Positions 36,701-52,200 of a stretch of DNA of 64,000 nucleotides are shown piece by piece. Position numbers and translations under genes: made by a program. The notes beneath the pieces are model-generated. The model made no database searches. It was given only the letters and a program-made list of their open reading frames with translations, and was not told the DNA's origin. Origin of the DNA: the human T2T-CHM13v2.0 reference genome, Homo sapiens. The first letter of the stretch is position 1. Each line of letters starts with the position of its first letter. The stretch is from assembly GCF_009914755.1 (NCBI RefSeq), contig NC_060946.1. One strand, given 5' to 3'.

Positions 36701-39139
36701 TCACTGCACTGATTACCCAGGTGATATAACTCTTGTCTAGGCTCTGCCTACAGGGGGCTTGTGACATATCTCTGCACTGATCACCCAGGTGATATAACTC
36801 TTCTCTAGGATCTGCCTACAGGGTGTTTTGTGAACTATCCCTGCAATGGTCACCCAGGTGATGTACCACTTGTCAACGCTCTGCCTACAGGGGCATTGCG
36901 AGATATGTCTGCACTGATCACCTAGGTCAAGTAACTCTTTTATAAGCTCTGCCAACAGTGGCATTCTGACATATCTCTGCACTGATCACCCAGGTGACGT
37001 AACTCTTTTCTAGGATCTGCTTACAGGGTGCTTGGTGACATATCCCTGCAATGATCACCCAGGTGATGTACCACTTGTCAAGGCTCTGCCTACAGGGACA
37101 TTGCGTTTTATCTCTGCACTGATCACCTAGGTCATGTAACTCTTTTCTAGGCTCTGCCTATAGTGGCATTGTGACATATCTCTGCCCTGATCATCCAAGT
37201 GATGTAACTATTGTCTAGGATCTGCCTAAAGGGACTTTGTGACATAACTCTGCACTGATCATCCAGGTGATGGGGCTTTTGTCTAGGCTCTCCTAAGGAG
37301 GCATTGTGACATATTTTTGCACTGATCACCCAGGTGATGGACTCCTGTCTTGGATCTGCCTATGGGGGCATTGTGACATATCTCTGCACTGATCACACAG
37401 GTGATGTAACTGTTGTATAAGCTCTGCCTACAGGAGAATTGTGAGAGATCTCCCCACTTATCACTCAATTGATGTAACTATTGTCTAGGGTTTGCCTAAA
37501 GGGGGCTTTGTGACATACCTTTTCACTGGTCACCCAGGTGATGTAACTCATCTAAGTTCTGCCTACAGAAGCTTTCTGAGATATCGCTGCACTGATCACT
37601 TAGGTGATGTAACACTTTTATAAGCACTGCCTACAGGGAATTTTGACAAATCTCTGCACTGATAACGTAGGTGATGTAACTCTTTTCTAGGATCTGCCTA
37701 CAGGGTGCTTTGTGACATATCCCTGCAATGATCACCCAGGTGATGTACCACTTCTCAAGGCTCTGCCTACAGGGACATTGCGAAGTATCTCTGCACTGAT
37801 CTCCGAGGTCATGTAACTCTTGTCCACTCTCTGCCTATAGGGGGCATTGTGAAATATCTCTGCACTGATCACCCAGGTGTTGGGACTCTTCTCTATACTC
37901 TGCCTATAGGGGAATTTGTGACATACCTCTGCACTCATCACCCACGTGATGGAAGACTTGTCTGGTCTCTGTCTATGGTGGCATTGTGTCAAATATCTGC
38001 ACTGATCACCCAGGTGATGTAACTCTTGTCTAGGCTCTGTCTACAGGGATTTGTGTGACATATCACTGCACTGATCACCTAGATGATGTAAGCCTTGTTT
38101 AGGTTTGCCTACAGAAGGCTTTGTGACATATCTATGCACTGATCTCTGAGGTGATGCTACTCTTGTCTAGGCACTGCCTACAGGGGACATTGGTACATAT
38201 CTCTGCACTGATCACCCAGGTGATGGACACTTGTCTTAGATCTGCCTACATGGACATTGTGACACATCTCTGAACTGATCAACCAAGTGATGAAATTCTT
38301 GTCTAGGCTCTGCCTTCAGGGCCTTTGTGACACATCTCTGCACTGATCACCCTGGGGAGGGAACTCTTGTCTACGCTCTGCCTACAGGAGGCTTTATGAC
38401 TTTTACCTGCACTGATAACCCAGGTGATGTAACACTTGTCTAGGCTCTGCCTACACGGGAATTCTCACATATCTCTGTACTGATCACCCGGGTGATGTAA
38501 TTCCTTTCTAGGTTCAGCCTACAGGAGCGTTTTGACATATCTCTGCACTGATCACCCAGATGATGTAACCCTTGTCTAAGCTCTGCCTACAGGGGCATTG
38601 TGACAGATCTCTCCACTGCTCACCCAGGTGATGTAACAATTGTCTGGGCTTTGCCTACAGTGGGCTTTGTGATATACATTTCCACTGATCAAACAGGTGA
38701 TGTAACCCTTGTCAAGGTTCTGCTTACAGGGGCTTTGTGACATATCTCTACACTGATCACCCCAGGGAGGAAACACTTGTCTACTCTATGTCTACAGGAG
38801 ACTTTACGACTTATCCCTGCACTGATCACTAGGTGATGTAACACTTGTCTAGGATCTGTCTGCACGGGAATTTTCACATATCGCTACATTGATCACCTAA
38901 GTGATGTAACCCTTGTTTACGTTCAGCCTACTGGGGATTTCTGACATAACTATGCACTGATCAACGAGTTGATGTATATCATTTCCAGGCTTTTGGTACA
39001 GGGGACATTGTGATGTATCTCTGCACTGATCACCCAAATGATGCAAATCTTCTCTAGGCTCCACACGGAGGAGGCATTGTGACATATTTCTGTACTGATC
39101 ATCCAGGAGATTTAACTATTCTCCAGGCTTTGACTAAAG
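33770..39139 (-). repeat. Beta satellite spacer 4-5
   Basis: 68-bp monomers. Confidence 0.97.
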
Positions 39140-39251
39140 AGCTTCGGAAGGTGTTGCGAGAGCCTCAGCTGGAATTTCACGGATGGACAAGGGCACAGAG
39201 AGGCCAGCGGACTCCCTTGCACGTCAGCCCGAGCACGCAATGAACGCAGGT
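39078..39251 (-). other. pLAM / DUX4 exon 3-like segment, copy 5 (GTCACA)
   Basis: 174-bp span; acceptor GGTTAG|ACCTG. Confidence 0.8.
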
Positions 39252-39841
39252 CTAACCAGGAGTCCGGCAAAGACGGCTAGAGGTCTGCGTTCCGCCGCCA
39301 GCCTCTCCATGGTGGCAGCTGGGAGGCTGCAGGGGCACGGAAGGGCCAGCGACGGTGGTGTGGAGGCACAGAGGAGGCGAGCTGCCGGAGGGGTGTCAGG
39401 CCTGGACGCTGCGTGGGCCCAGTGTTTTGCAGGATGTGGGTCTCCACCCAGCCCAGGGGAAGATTCATTTTCCTTGGGTGGGTGGTGGGGTTGGTGAGGG
39501 TGTGGTCAGGCGGGGGTGGGTTGCTGGAAAGGCATGATAGCTCTGTCCAGCTGCTCCCAAAGCTCAGGCGGCTGCCCGCAAACCCGCGCGTGCGCAGTGG
39601 GCGGCCCACCTGCTGGTACCTGGCCCGGAACTGGTATCCCCGGGATGCCCAGGAAAGAATGGCAGTTCTCAGCTGTGTGTAGTCCCTCACCGGGCCTGGA
39701 CCAAGAAGGCAGGAATCCCAGGCCGGTCAGTCCAGTGAAGGGGGCGTGGGGAAGACACGCCCCTCCATAGCCAGCCAGGTGTTCCCCGCGATATAGAGGC
39801 CACCGCCCTGCCCCGACCCGACCCCGTCCCAACCCCGCGTC

Positions 39842-41298
<1,457 letters not shown>

Positions 41299-41907
41299 CC
41301 CTGGGACAGCCCGCCCCACCCCGGAATGGTCCCAGGGCATCGAGGTCTGTGGCCGGGGGGTGGTGTGATGGGGTGGGAGGGCGTGGTGATGGTGGTGGTG
41401 GGGCCGGAGAGACGAAGAGGAAGGGGGCAGGGGGGAAGGGGTGAGGGGGGCGCGTTTCACGGGCTGGCTCTCCGGACCTCTCCAGGAATCCCTCGGGAAA
41501 TGGAAGCCGCTCTCTGGGCTCCCACGCGTCTTCAGCAGGGAGAAACCGGCCTGGGAGTGTGGAGGCGAGTGTGGAACTGAACCTCTGTGGGAGTCTTGAG
41601 TGTTCCAGGCCCTCTCTCCGTGAATGAGGCAGTGCCTGTGGGTGTCTCCGTTGCTGGGACAGTCTGACACATGCAGGCATGTGGCTCTCATTCATTTCCA
41701 CGTAGGAGACCAGAGCGAGAACCCAGAGAGAAGATGTCTCCCCGGCGTGATGGTCTGACGATGGATTCCCGTGTGCGGCAACATGGGGAGTCTGCAGTGT
41801 GGACGGTTTGGAAACTGGCAAGGAGAGCGAAAGCACCCTGCCGGTCTTCCACCATTCCCTGCATGTTTCCCGGTGCCGGCAGAGCTCTGGGAGCAAAGAG
41901 TCAGCCT

Positions 41908-44900
41908 GAAACATCTCTGAACGGATCAACAAAGTGATGTAAGTCTTGTCTAGACTCTGCCTACAGGGGCTTTGTGATGTATCTCTGCACTGATCACCCA
42001 GGTGATGGGACATTTGTCTAGGCTCTGCCTATGACGGCATTGTGACATATCTCTACACTGACCACCAAGGTGATGTGAGTCTTTTGTTGGATCTGCCTCT
42101 GGGGGCATTGTGATATATTTCTGCACTGATCATCCAGGTGATGGGACTCTAGTCTAGGCTGGGTGTATGGGGCTTTGTGACATACCTTTGCACGGACCAC
42201 CCAGGTGATGTAACTCATCTAAGTTCTGCCTACAGGAGCTTTGTGACATATCTCTGCACTGATCACTTAGGTGATGTAACACTTTTATAAGCACTGCCTA
42301 CAGGGAATTTTGACAAATCTCTGCACTGATCACCTAGGTGATGTAACTCTTGTCCGCCCTCTGCCCAAAGGGGCATTGTGAAATATCTCTTAACTGATCA
42401 CTCAGGTGATTCAACTCCTGTGTAGGATCTGCCTACAGCAGCGTTTTCACATATCCCTGAAATGATGACAAAGGTGATGTAACTCTTGCCTAGGCTTTGC
42501 CTACAGGGCACATTGTGACATATCTCTGCACTGATCACCCAGGTGATGCAATTCTTCTCTATGCTCTGCCTACAGGGGACATTGTGACATATCACTTCAC
42601 TGATCACCCAGGTGATGCAGCTCTTCTCTATGCTCTGCCTCCAGGGGTCATTGTGATATACCTCTTCACTGATCACCCAGGTGATGTAACTCTTGTCTAG
42701 GTTCTGCTTACAAGGGGTATTGTGACATATCTCTGCACTGATCACCTAAGTGATGTAACACTTGTGTAGGCTATGCCTACAGGGGCATTTAGACATATCT
42801 CTGCACTGTTAACCGAGGTGATGTAACTCTTGTCTAGGCTGTGCCCACAGGGTGATTGAGACATATCTCTGCACTGATCCCGAGGTGATCCAACTCTTGC
42901 TTGGTCTCTGCCTACTGGGGATATTGTGACATATCTCTGCACTGATCTCCCAGGTGCAGTAACTTTATTCTAGGCTCTGGCTACACTGCATTGTGACATA
43001 TCACTGCACTGATCATCCAAGTGATATAACTCTTGTCTAGTCTCTGCATACAGGATTCTTGTGACATATCTCTGCACTGATCACCCAGGTGATGTAACTG
43101 TTGTATAAGCCCTGCCTACAGGGGAATTATGAGAGATCTCGCCACTGATCACCGAAGTGATGTAACTATCGTCAAGGCTTTGCCTACAGGGGGCTTTGTG
43201 ACATACCTTTGCACTGATCACCCAGGTGATGTAGCTCATCTAAGTTCTGCCTACAGGAGCTTTGTGACATATCTCTGCACTGATCCCTTAGGTGATGTAA
43301 TACTTTTATAAGCACTGCTACCGGGAATTTTGAAAAATCTCTGCACAGAACACCTAGGTGATGTAACTCTTGTCTACCCTCTGCCCAAAGGGGGCATTGT
43401 GAAATATCTCTGCACTGATCCACTAGGTGATGTAACTAGTGTCTATGCTCTGCCTACAGGGGCGTTTTCACATATCCCTGAACTGATGACAAAGGTGATG
43501 TAACTCTTGCCTAGGTTTTGCCTACAGGGCAAATTGTGACATATCTCTGCACTGATAACCCAGGTGATGCAACTCTTGTCTAGGATCTGCCTACAGCAGA
43601 ATTTTCACATATACCTGAACTGATGACAAAGGTGATGGAACTCTTGCCTAGGCTTTGCCTACAGGGGAAATTGTGACATATCTCTGCACTGATAACCCAG
43701 GTGATGCAACTCTTCTCTATGCTCTGCCTACAGGGGACATTGTGACATATCTCTGCACTGATAACCCAGGTGATGTAACTCTTGTCTAGGCTCTGATTAC
43801 AGGGGGTATTGGGACATATCTCTGCACTGATCACCTAAGTGATGTAACACTTGTGTAGGCTATGCCTACAGGGGCATTTTGACATATCTCTGCACTGTTA
43901 ACCGAGGTGATGTAACTCTTCTCAAGGCTGTCCCCACAGTGGGATTGAGACATATCTCTGCACTGATCCCGAGGTGATCCAACTCTTGCCTGGTCTCTGC
44001 CTACTGGGGACATTGTGACATATCTCTGCACTGATCTCCCAGGTGCAGTAACTTTAGTCTAGGCACTGGCTACATGGCATTGTGACATATCACTGCACTG
44101 ATCACCCAGGTGTTATAACTCTTGCCTAAGCTCTGCCTACAGGGTTCCTGTGACATATCTCTGCACTGATCATCCAGGTGATATAACTCTTCTTTAGGAT
44201 CTGCCTACAGGGTGCTTTATGACATATCCCTGCAAAGATCACCCAGGTGATATACCCCTTGTCAAGGCTCTGCCTACAGGGGCATTGCGATGTATCTCTG
44301 CACTGATCACCTAGGTCATGTAACTCTTGTCTAGGCTCTGCCTACAGTGGCATTGTGACATATCTCTTCACTGATTACCCACGAGATGTAACTCTTTTCT
44401 AGGATCTGCCTACAGGGTGCTTGGTGACATATCCCTGCAATGATCAACCAGGTGATGTACCACTTGTCAAGGATCTGCCTACAGGGACATTGCAATGTAT
44501 CTCTGCACTGATCACCTAGGTCCTGTAACTCTTTTCTAGGCTCTGCCTACAGTGGCATTGTGACATATCTCTGCACTGATCATCCAAGTGATGTAACTCT
44601 TGTCTAGGATCTGCCTAAAGGGACTTTGTGACATAACTCTGCACTGATCATCCAAGTGATGGGGCTTTTGTCTAGGCTCTGCCTAAGGGGGCATTGTGAC
44701 ATATTTCTGAACTGATCAACCAGGTGACGGACTCTTGTCTTGGATCTGCCTATGGGGGCATTGTGACATATCTCTGCACTGATCACCCAGGTGATGCAAG
44801 TGTTGTATAAGCTGTGCCTACAGGGAAATTGTGAGAGATCTCTCCACTGACCATCCAAGTGATGTAACTATTGTCTAGGCTTTGCCTACATGGGGCTTTG

Positions 44901-46533
44901 TGACATACCTTTGAACTGATCACACAGGTGATATAACTCATCTAAGTTCTGCCTACAGGAGTTTTGTGATATATCTCTGCACTGATCACCCAGGTGATGT
45001 AACTTTTGTCTAGGCTCCACCTACAAGGAGTATTGTGACGTATCTCTGCACTGATCACTCATGTGATGTAACTGTTGTCTAGGCTCCACCTACAGGGTGT
45101 ATTGTGGCGTATCTCTGCAGTGATCGCGCTGGTGATGTAACATTTATCCAGGTGCTGCCTACTGGGGAGTTTTGACATAGCTCTGCACAGATCACCTAGG
45201 TTATGTAACTCTTGTCGACTCTCTGCCTACAGGGGGCATTGTGAAATATCTTTGCACTGATCACCCGTGTGATGGGACTCTTCTCTATACTCTGCCTATA
45301 GGGGGATTTGTGACATATCTGTGCACTGATCACCCAGGTGATGGAAGTCTTGTCTAGGCTCTGTCTATGGGAGCATTATGTCAAATATCTGCACTGATCA
45401 CCCAGGTGATGTAACTCTTGTCTAGGCTCTGTCTACAGGGATTTTTGTGACATATCACTGCACTGATCACCTAGGTGGTGTAAGCCTTGTATGGGCGTTG
45501 CCTACAGAAGGCTTTGTGGCATATCTATGCTCTGATCTGCGAGGTGATGCATCTCATGCCTAGGCACTGCCTACATGGGACATTGGTACATATCTCTGCA
45601 CTGATCACCCAGGTGATGGACCCTTGACTTAGATCTGCCTACATGGACATTGTGACACATCTCTGAACTGATCAACCATGTGATGAAACTCTTGTCTAGG
45701 ATCTGACTACAGGGACTTTGTGACACATCTCTGCACTGATCACTCTGGGGAGGGAACTCTTTTCTATGCTCTGCCTTCAGGAGGCTTTACGACTTATAAC
45801 TGCACTGATAACCTAGGTGATGTAATACTTGTCTAGACTCTGCCTACACTGGAATTCTCACATATCTCTGCAATGATCACCCAGTTGATGTAACTCCTGT
45901 CTAGGTTCAGCCTACAGGAGCGTTTTGACATATGTCTGCACTGATCACCCAGGTGATGTAACCCTTGTCTAAGCTGTGCCTACAGGGGCATTGTGACAGA
46001 TCTCTCCACTGCTCACCCAGGTGATGTAACAGTTATCTTGGCTTTGCCTACAGGGGACTTTCTGATATACATTTCCACTGATGAAACAGGTGATGTAACC
46101 TTTGTCAAAGTTCTGCTTACAGGGGCTTTGTGACATATCTCTGTACTGATCACCCCAGGGTGGAACCACTTTTCTGCACTCCGCCTACAGGAGGCTTTAC
46201 GACTTATCCCTGCACTGATCACTAGGTGATGTAATACTTGTCTAAGCTCTGTCTACAAGGGAATTTTCACATATCTCTATACTGATCACCTAAGTGATGT
46301 AACCCTTGTCTAGGTTCAGCCTACTGGGGATTTCTGACATACCTATGCACTGATCACTGAGGTGATGTAAATCATTTCCAGGCTTTCTGTACGGGGGACA
46401 TTGTGATATATCTCTGCACTTATCACCCAAATGATGCAAATGTTTTCTAGACTCCACAGGGAGAGGGCATTGTGACATATTTCTGAACGGATCATCTAGG
46501 AAGATGTAACTATTCTCCAGGCTTTGACTAAAG
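41908..46533 (-). repeat. Beta satellite spacer 5-6
   Basis: 68-bp monomers, including an internal ~1.0-1.1 kb duplication. Confidence 0.97.
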
Positions 46534-46645
46534 AGCATCGGAAGGTGTTGGGAGAGCCTCAGCCGGAACTTCATGGATGGACAAGGGCACAGAGAGGCCA
46601 GCGGGCTCCCTTGCACATCAGCCGGGGTGCCCAATGAGCGCAGGT
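46471..46645 (-). other. pLAM / DUX4 exon 3-like segment, copy 6 (GTCACA)
   Basis: 175-bp span (1-bp insertion), acceptor retained. Confidence 0.8.
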
Positions 46646-47235
46646 CTAGCCAGGAAGCCGGCAAAGAGAGCTAGAGGTCTGCGTTCCGCCGCCAGGTGCT
46701 CCATGGTGGCAGCTGGGAGGCTGCAGGGGTACGGGCGGGTCGGCGACAGTAGCGTGGAGGCGCAGAGGAGGCAAGCCACTGAGGGGTGACAGGCCTGGAC
46801 GCTGGGCGGGCCCGGTGTTTCATGGGATGGGGGTCTCCACCTATCCCAGTGGAGGACTCATTTCCTGGGGGTGTGGGGTAGGGTTTGGGTGGGGGTGGTC
46901 AGCCGTGGGTGGGTTGGTGGAAAGGCATGAGAGCTCTGTCTGGGCTGCTCCCACAGCACAGGCGGCTGCCCGCAAAGCCGCGCGTGCACAGTAGGCGGCA
47001 CACATGCTGGTACCTGTGCCGGCTCTGGGATCCCCGTGATGCCCAGGAAAGAATGGCAGTTCTCCACTGTGAGGAGCCTCTAACCCGGCCTAGACCTAGA
47101 AGGCAGGAATCCCAGGGCGGTCAGCCCGGTGGAGGGAGCGTGGGGAAGACACGCCCCTCCATACTCAGCCAGGTGTTCCCCGTGAAAGAGAGGCCACCGC
47201 CCTACCCAGACCCGACCACGACCCCACCCTGCGTC

Positions 47236-48691
<1,456 letters not shown>

Positions 48692-49297
48692 CCTTGGGAC
48701 AGCCCGCCCCACACCGGTAGGTTCCCAGGGCTTAGAGGCCTGCGGCCGGGGATGGTTTCGTGGAGGGGGGGAGGGCGTGGTGATGGTGGTCGTGGGGTCA
48801 GAGAGACGAAAGGAAGGGGGCGATGGGGAAGGGGTAACGGTGCCGCGTTTCGGGGGCTGGATCTCCGGACCTTTCCAGGAATCCCGCGGGAACTGGAAGC
48901 CACTCTCTGGGCACCCACGCATCATCAGCAGGGAGAAACCGGCTTGGGACGGTGGAGGGGAGTGTGGAACTGAACCTCCAAGGCAGTCTTGAGTGTTCCA
49001 GGCCCTCTCTCCGTGAAGAAGAGTTCCTGTTGGTGTCACCGTTACCGGGACAGTCTCACACGCCCAGGCTTGTGGCTCTCGTTCATTTCCGTGCAGGAGA
49101 CCAGAGTGAGATCCCAGAGAGAAGATGCAACCCGGCGTGATGGCCTGATGATGGATTCCCGTGTGTGACAACATGGGGAGTCTGCAGTGTGGCCGGTTTG
49201 GAAACTGGGAAGGAGAGCGAAGGCACCGTGCCGGTCTTCCACCCTTCCCTGCATGTTTCCGGGTGCCCGCATAGCTCCGGCAGCAAACAGTCAGCAT

Positions 49298-52200
49298 GAC
49301 ACATCTCTGAACTGATCAACAAAGTGATGTAACAATCGTCTAGGCTCTAACAACAGGGGCTTTGTGACATATCTCTGCACTGATCACCCAGGTGATGGGA
49401 CTTTTGTTTAGGCTCTGCCTATGGTGACATTGTGACATAGTTCTGCACTGATCACACAGGTGATGGGACACTTGTCTAGGCTCTGTGTATGGGGGCTTTG
49501 TGACATATCTCTATACTGATCCCCCAGGTGATGTAACGCTTGACTAGGCTCTGCCTACGGGGCATAGTGACATATCACTGCATTGATCACCGAGGTGATG
49601 TAACTCTTGTCCAGGCTCTGCCTATAGGGGGCCTTGTGACATATCTCTGCACTGATCATCTCGGTGATGTAACTCTTGCTTACGCTCTGCCTGCAGGGGC
49701 ATTGTGAAATATGTCTGCACTGATCACCCAGGTGATGGGACTCTTCTCTAGGCTCTGCCTACTCGGGGCATTGTCACATATTTCTGCACTGATCACCCAG
49801 GTGATGGACACTTGTCTTGGATTTGCCTATGGGGGCATTGTGACATATCTCTGCACTGATCACCCAGGTGATGTAACTCTGGTCTAAGCTCTGCCTAAAT
49901 GGACATTGTGACAGATCTCTGCAATGATCACTCAGGTGATATAACAATTGTCTAGGCTCTGCTTAAAGGGGCCTTGTCACATATCTCTGCACTGATCACC
50001 CAGGTGATGTAACACTTGTCTAGGCTCTGCTTACAGGGGGTATTGTGACATATCTCTGCACTGATCACCTAAGTGATGTAACACTTGTGTAGGCTCTGCC
50101 TACAGGGGCATTTTGACATTTCTCTGCACTGTTAACCGAGGTGATGTAACCCTTGTCTAGGCTGTGCCCACAGGGTGATTGAGACATATCTCTGCACTGA
50201 TCCCGAGGTGATCCAACTCTTGCCTGGTCTCTGTCTACTGGGGACATTGTGATATATCTCTGCACTGATCTCCCAAGTGCTGTAACTTTACTCTAGGCTC
50301 TGGCTACACGGCATTGTGACATATCACTGCACTGATCACCCAGGTGATATAACTCTTGTCTAGGCTCTGCCTACAGGGGGCTTGTGACATATATCTGCAC
50401 TGATCACCCAGGTGATATAACTCTCGTCTAGGCTCTGCCTACAGGGTGCTTTGTGACATGTCCCTGCACTGATCACCCAGGTGATGGGACTCTTGTCTAG
50501 GCTCTGCCAAAAGTGACATTGTGACATATCTCTGCACTGATCACCCAGGTGATGTAACTCTTTCCTAGGATCTGCTTACAGGGTACTTTGAGACATATCC
50601 CTGCAATGATCACCCAGGTGATGTACCACTTGTCAAGGCTCTGCCTACAGGTACATTGCGAAGAATTTCTGCAATGATCACCTAGGTCATGTAACTGATT
50701 GATGTAACTATTGTCTAGGATCTGCCTAAAGGGACTTTGTGACATAACTCTGCACTGATCATCCAGGTGATGGGGTTTTTGTCTAGGCTCTGCCTAAGGG
50801 GCATTGTGACATATTTCTGCACTGATAACCCAGGTGACGGATTCCTGTCTTGGATCTACCTATGGGAGCATTGTGACATATCTCTGCACTGATCACACAG
50901 GTGATGTAACTGTTGTATAAGTTCTGCCTACAGGGGAATTGTGAGAGATCTCGCCACTGATCACTCAATTGATGTAACTATTGTCTAGGCTTTGCCTAAA
51001 GGTGGCTTTCTGACATACCTTTTCACTGATCACCCAGGTGATGTAATTCTTCTAAGTTCTGCCTACAGGAGCTTTCGGACATATCTCTGCACTGATCACT
51101 TAGGTGATGTAACACTTTTATAAGCACTGCCTACAGGGAATTTTGACAAATCTCCACACTGATAACCTAGGTGATGTAACTCTTTTCTAGGATCTGCCTA
51201 CAGGGCGCTTTGTGACATATCCCTGCAATGATCACCCAGGTGATGTACCACTTGTCAAGGCTCTGCGTACAGGGACATTGTGATGTATCTCTGCACTGAT
51301 CACCTAGGTCATGTAACTCTTGTCTAGGCTCTGCCTACAGTGGCATTGTGACATATCTCTGCACTGATCATCCACGTAATGTAACAGTTGTATAAGCTCT
51401 GCCTACAGGGGAATTGTGAGAGATCTCTCCACTGATCACGCAAGTGATGTAACTATTGTCTAGGCTTTGCCTACAGGGGGCTTTGTGACATACCTTTGCA
51501 CTGATCACCCAGGTGACGTAACTCATGTAAGTTCTGCCTACAGGAGCTTTTTGACATATCTCTGTACTGATCACTTACGTGTTGTGACACTTTTATAAGC
51601 ACTGCCTACAGGGAATTTTGACAAATCTCTGCACTGATCACCTAGGTGATGTAACTCTTGTCTACACTCTGCCCAAAGGGGGCATTGTGAAATATCTCTG
51701 CACTGATCACCCACGTGATTCAACTCTTGTCTAGGATCTGCCTACAGGGGGTATTGTGAGATATCTCCTCACTGATCAACTATGTGATGTAAATATTGTC
51801 TAGGCTCTGCGTACAGGGGCATTTTCACATATCCCTGAACTGATGACAAAGGTGATGTAACCCTTGCCTGGGCATTGCCTACAGGGGATATTGTGACATA
51901 AGTCTGCACTGATCACCCAGGTGATGCACCTGTTCTCTATGCTCTGCCTACAGAGGACATTGTGACATATCTCTGCACTGATCACCCAGGTGATGTCACT
52001 TTTCTCAAGGATATGTCTACAGGGACATTGTGACACGTCACTGCACTGATCACACAGCTGATGTAACTACTGTGTAGGCTCTGGCTACAGGGGGCTTGTG
52101 ACACATCTCTGCACTGATCACCCAGGTGATGTAACCTTTGTCTAGGCTCTGCCAAAAGAGGGCATTATGACATAACTCTGCACTGATCACCCAGGTGATG

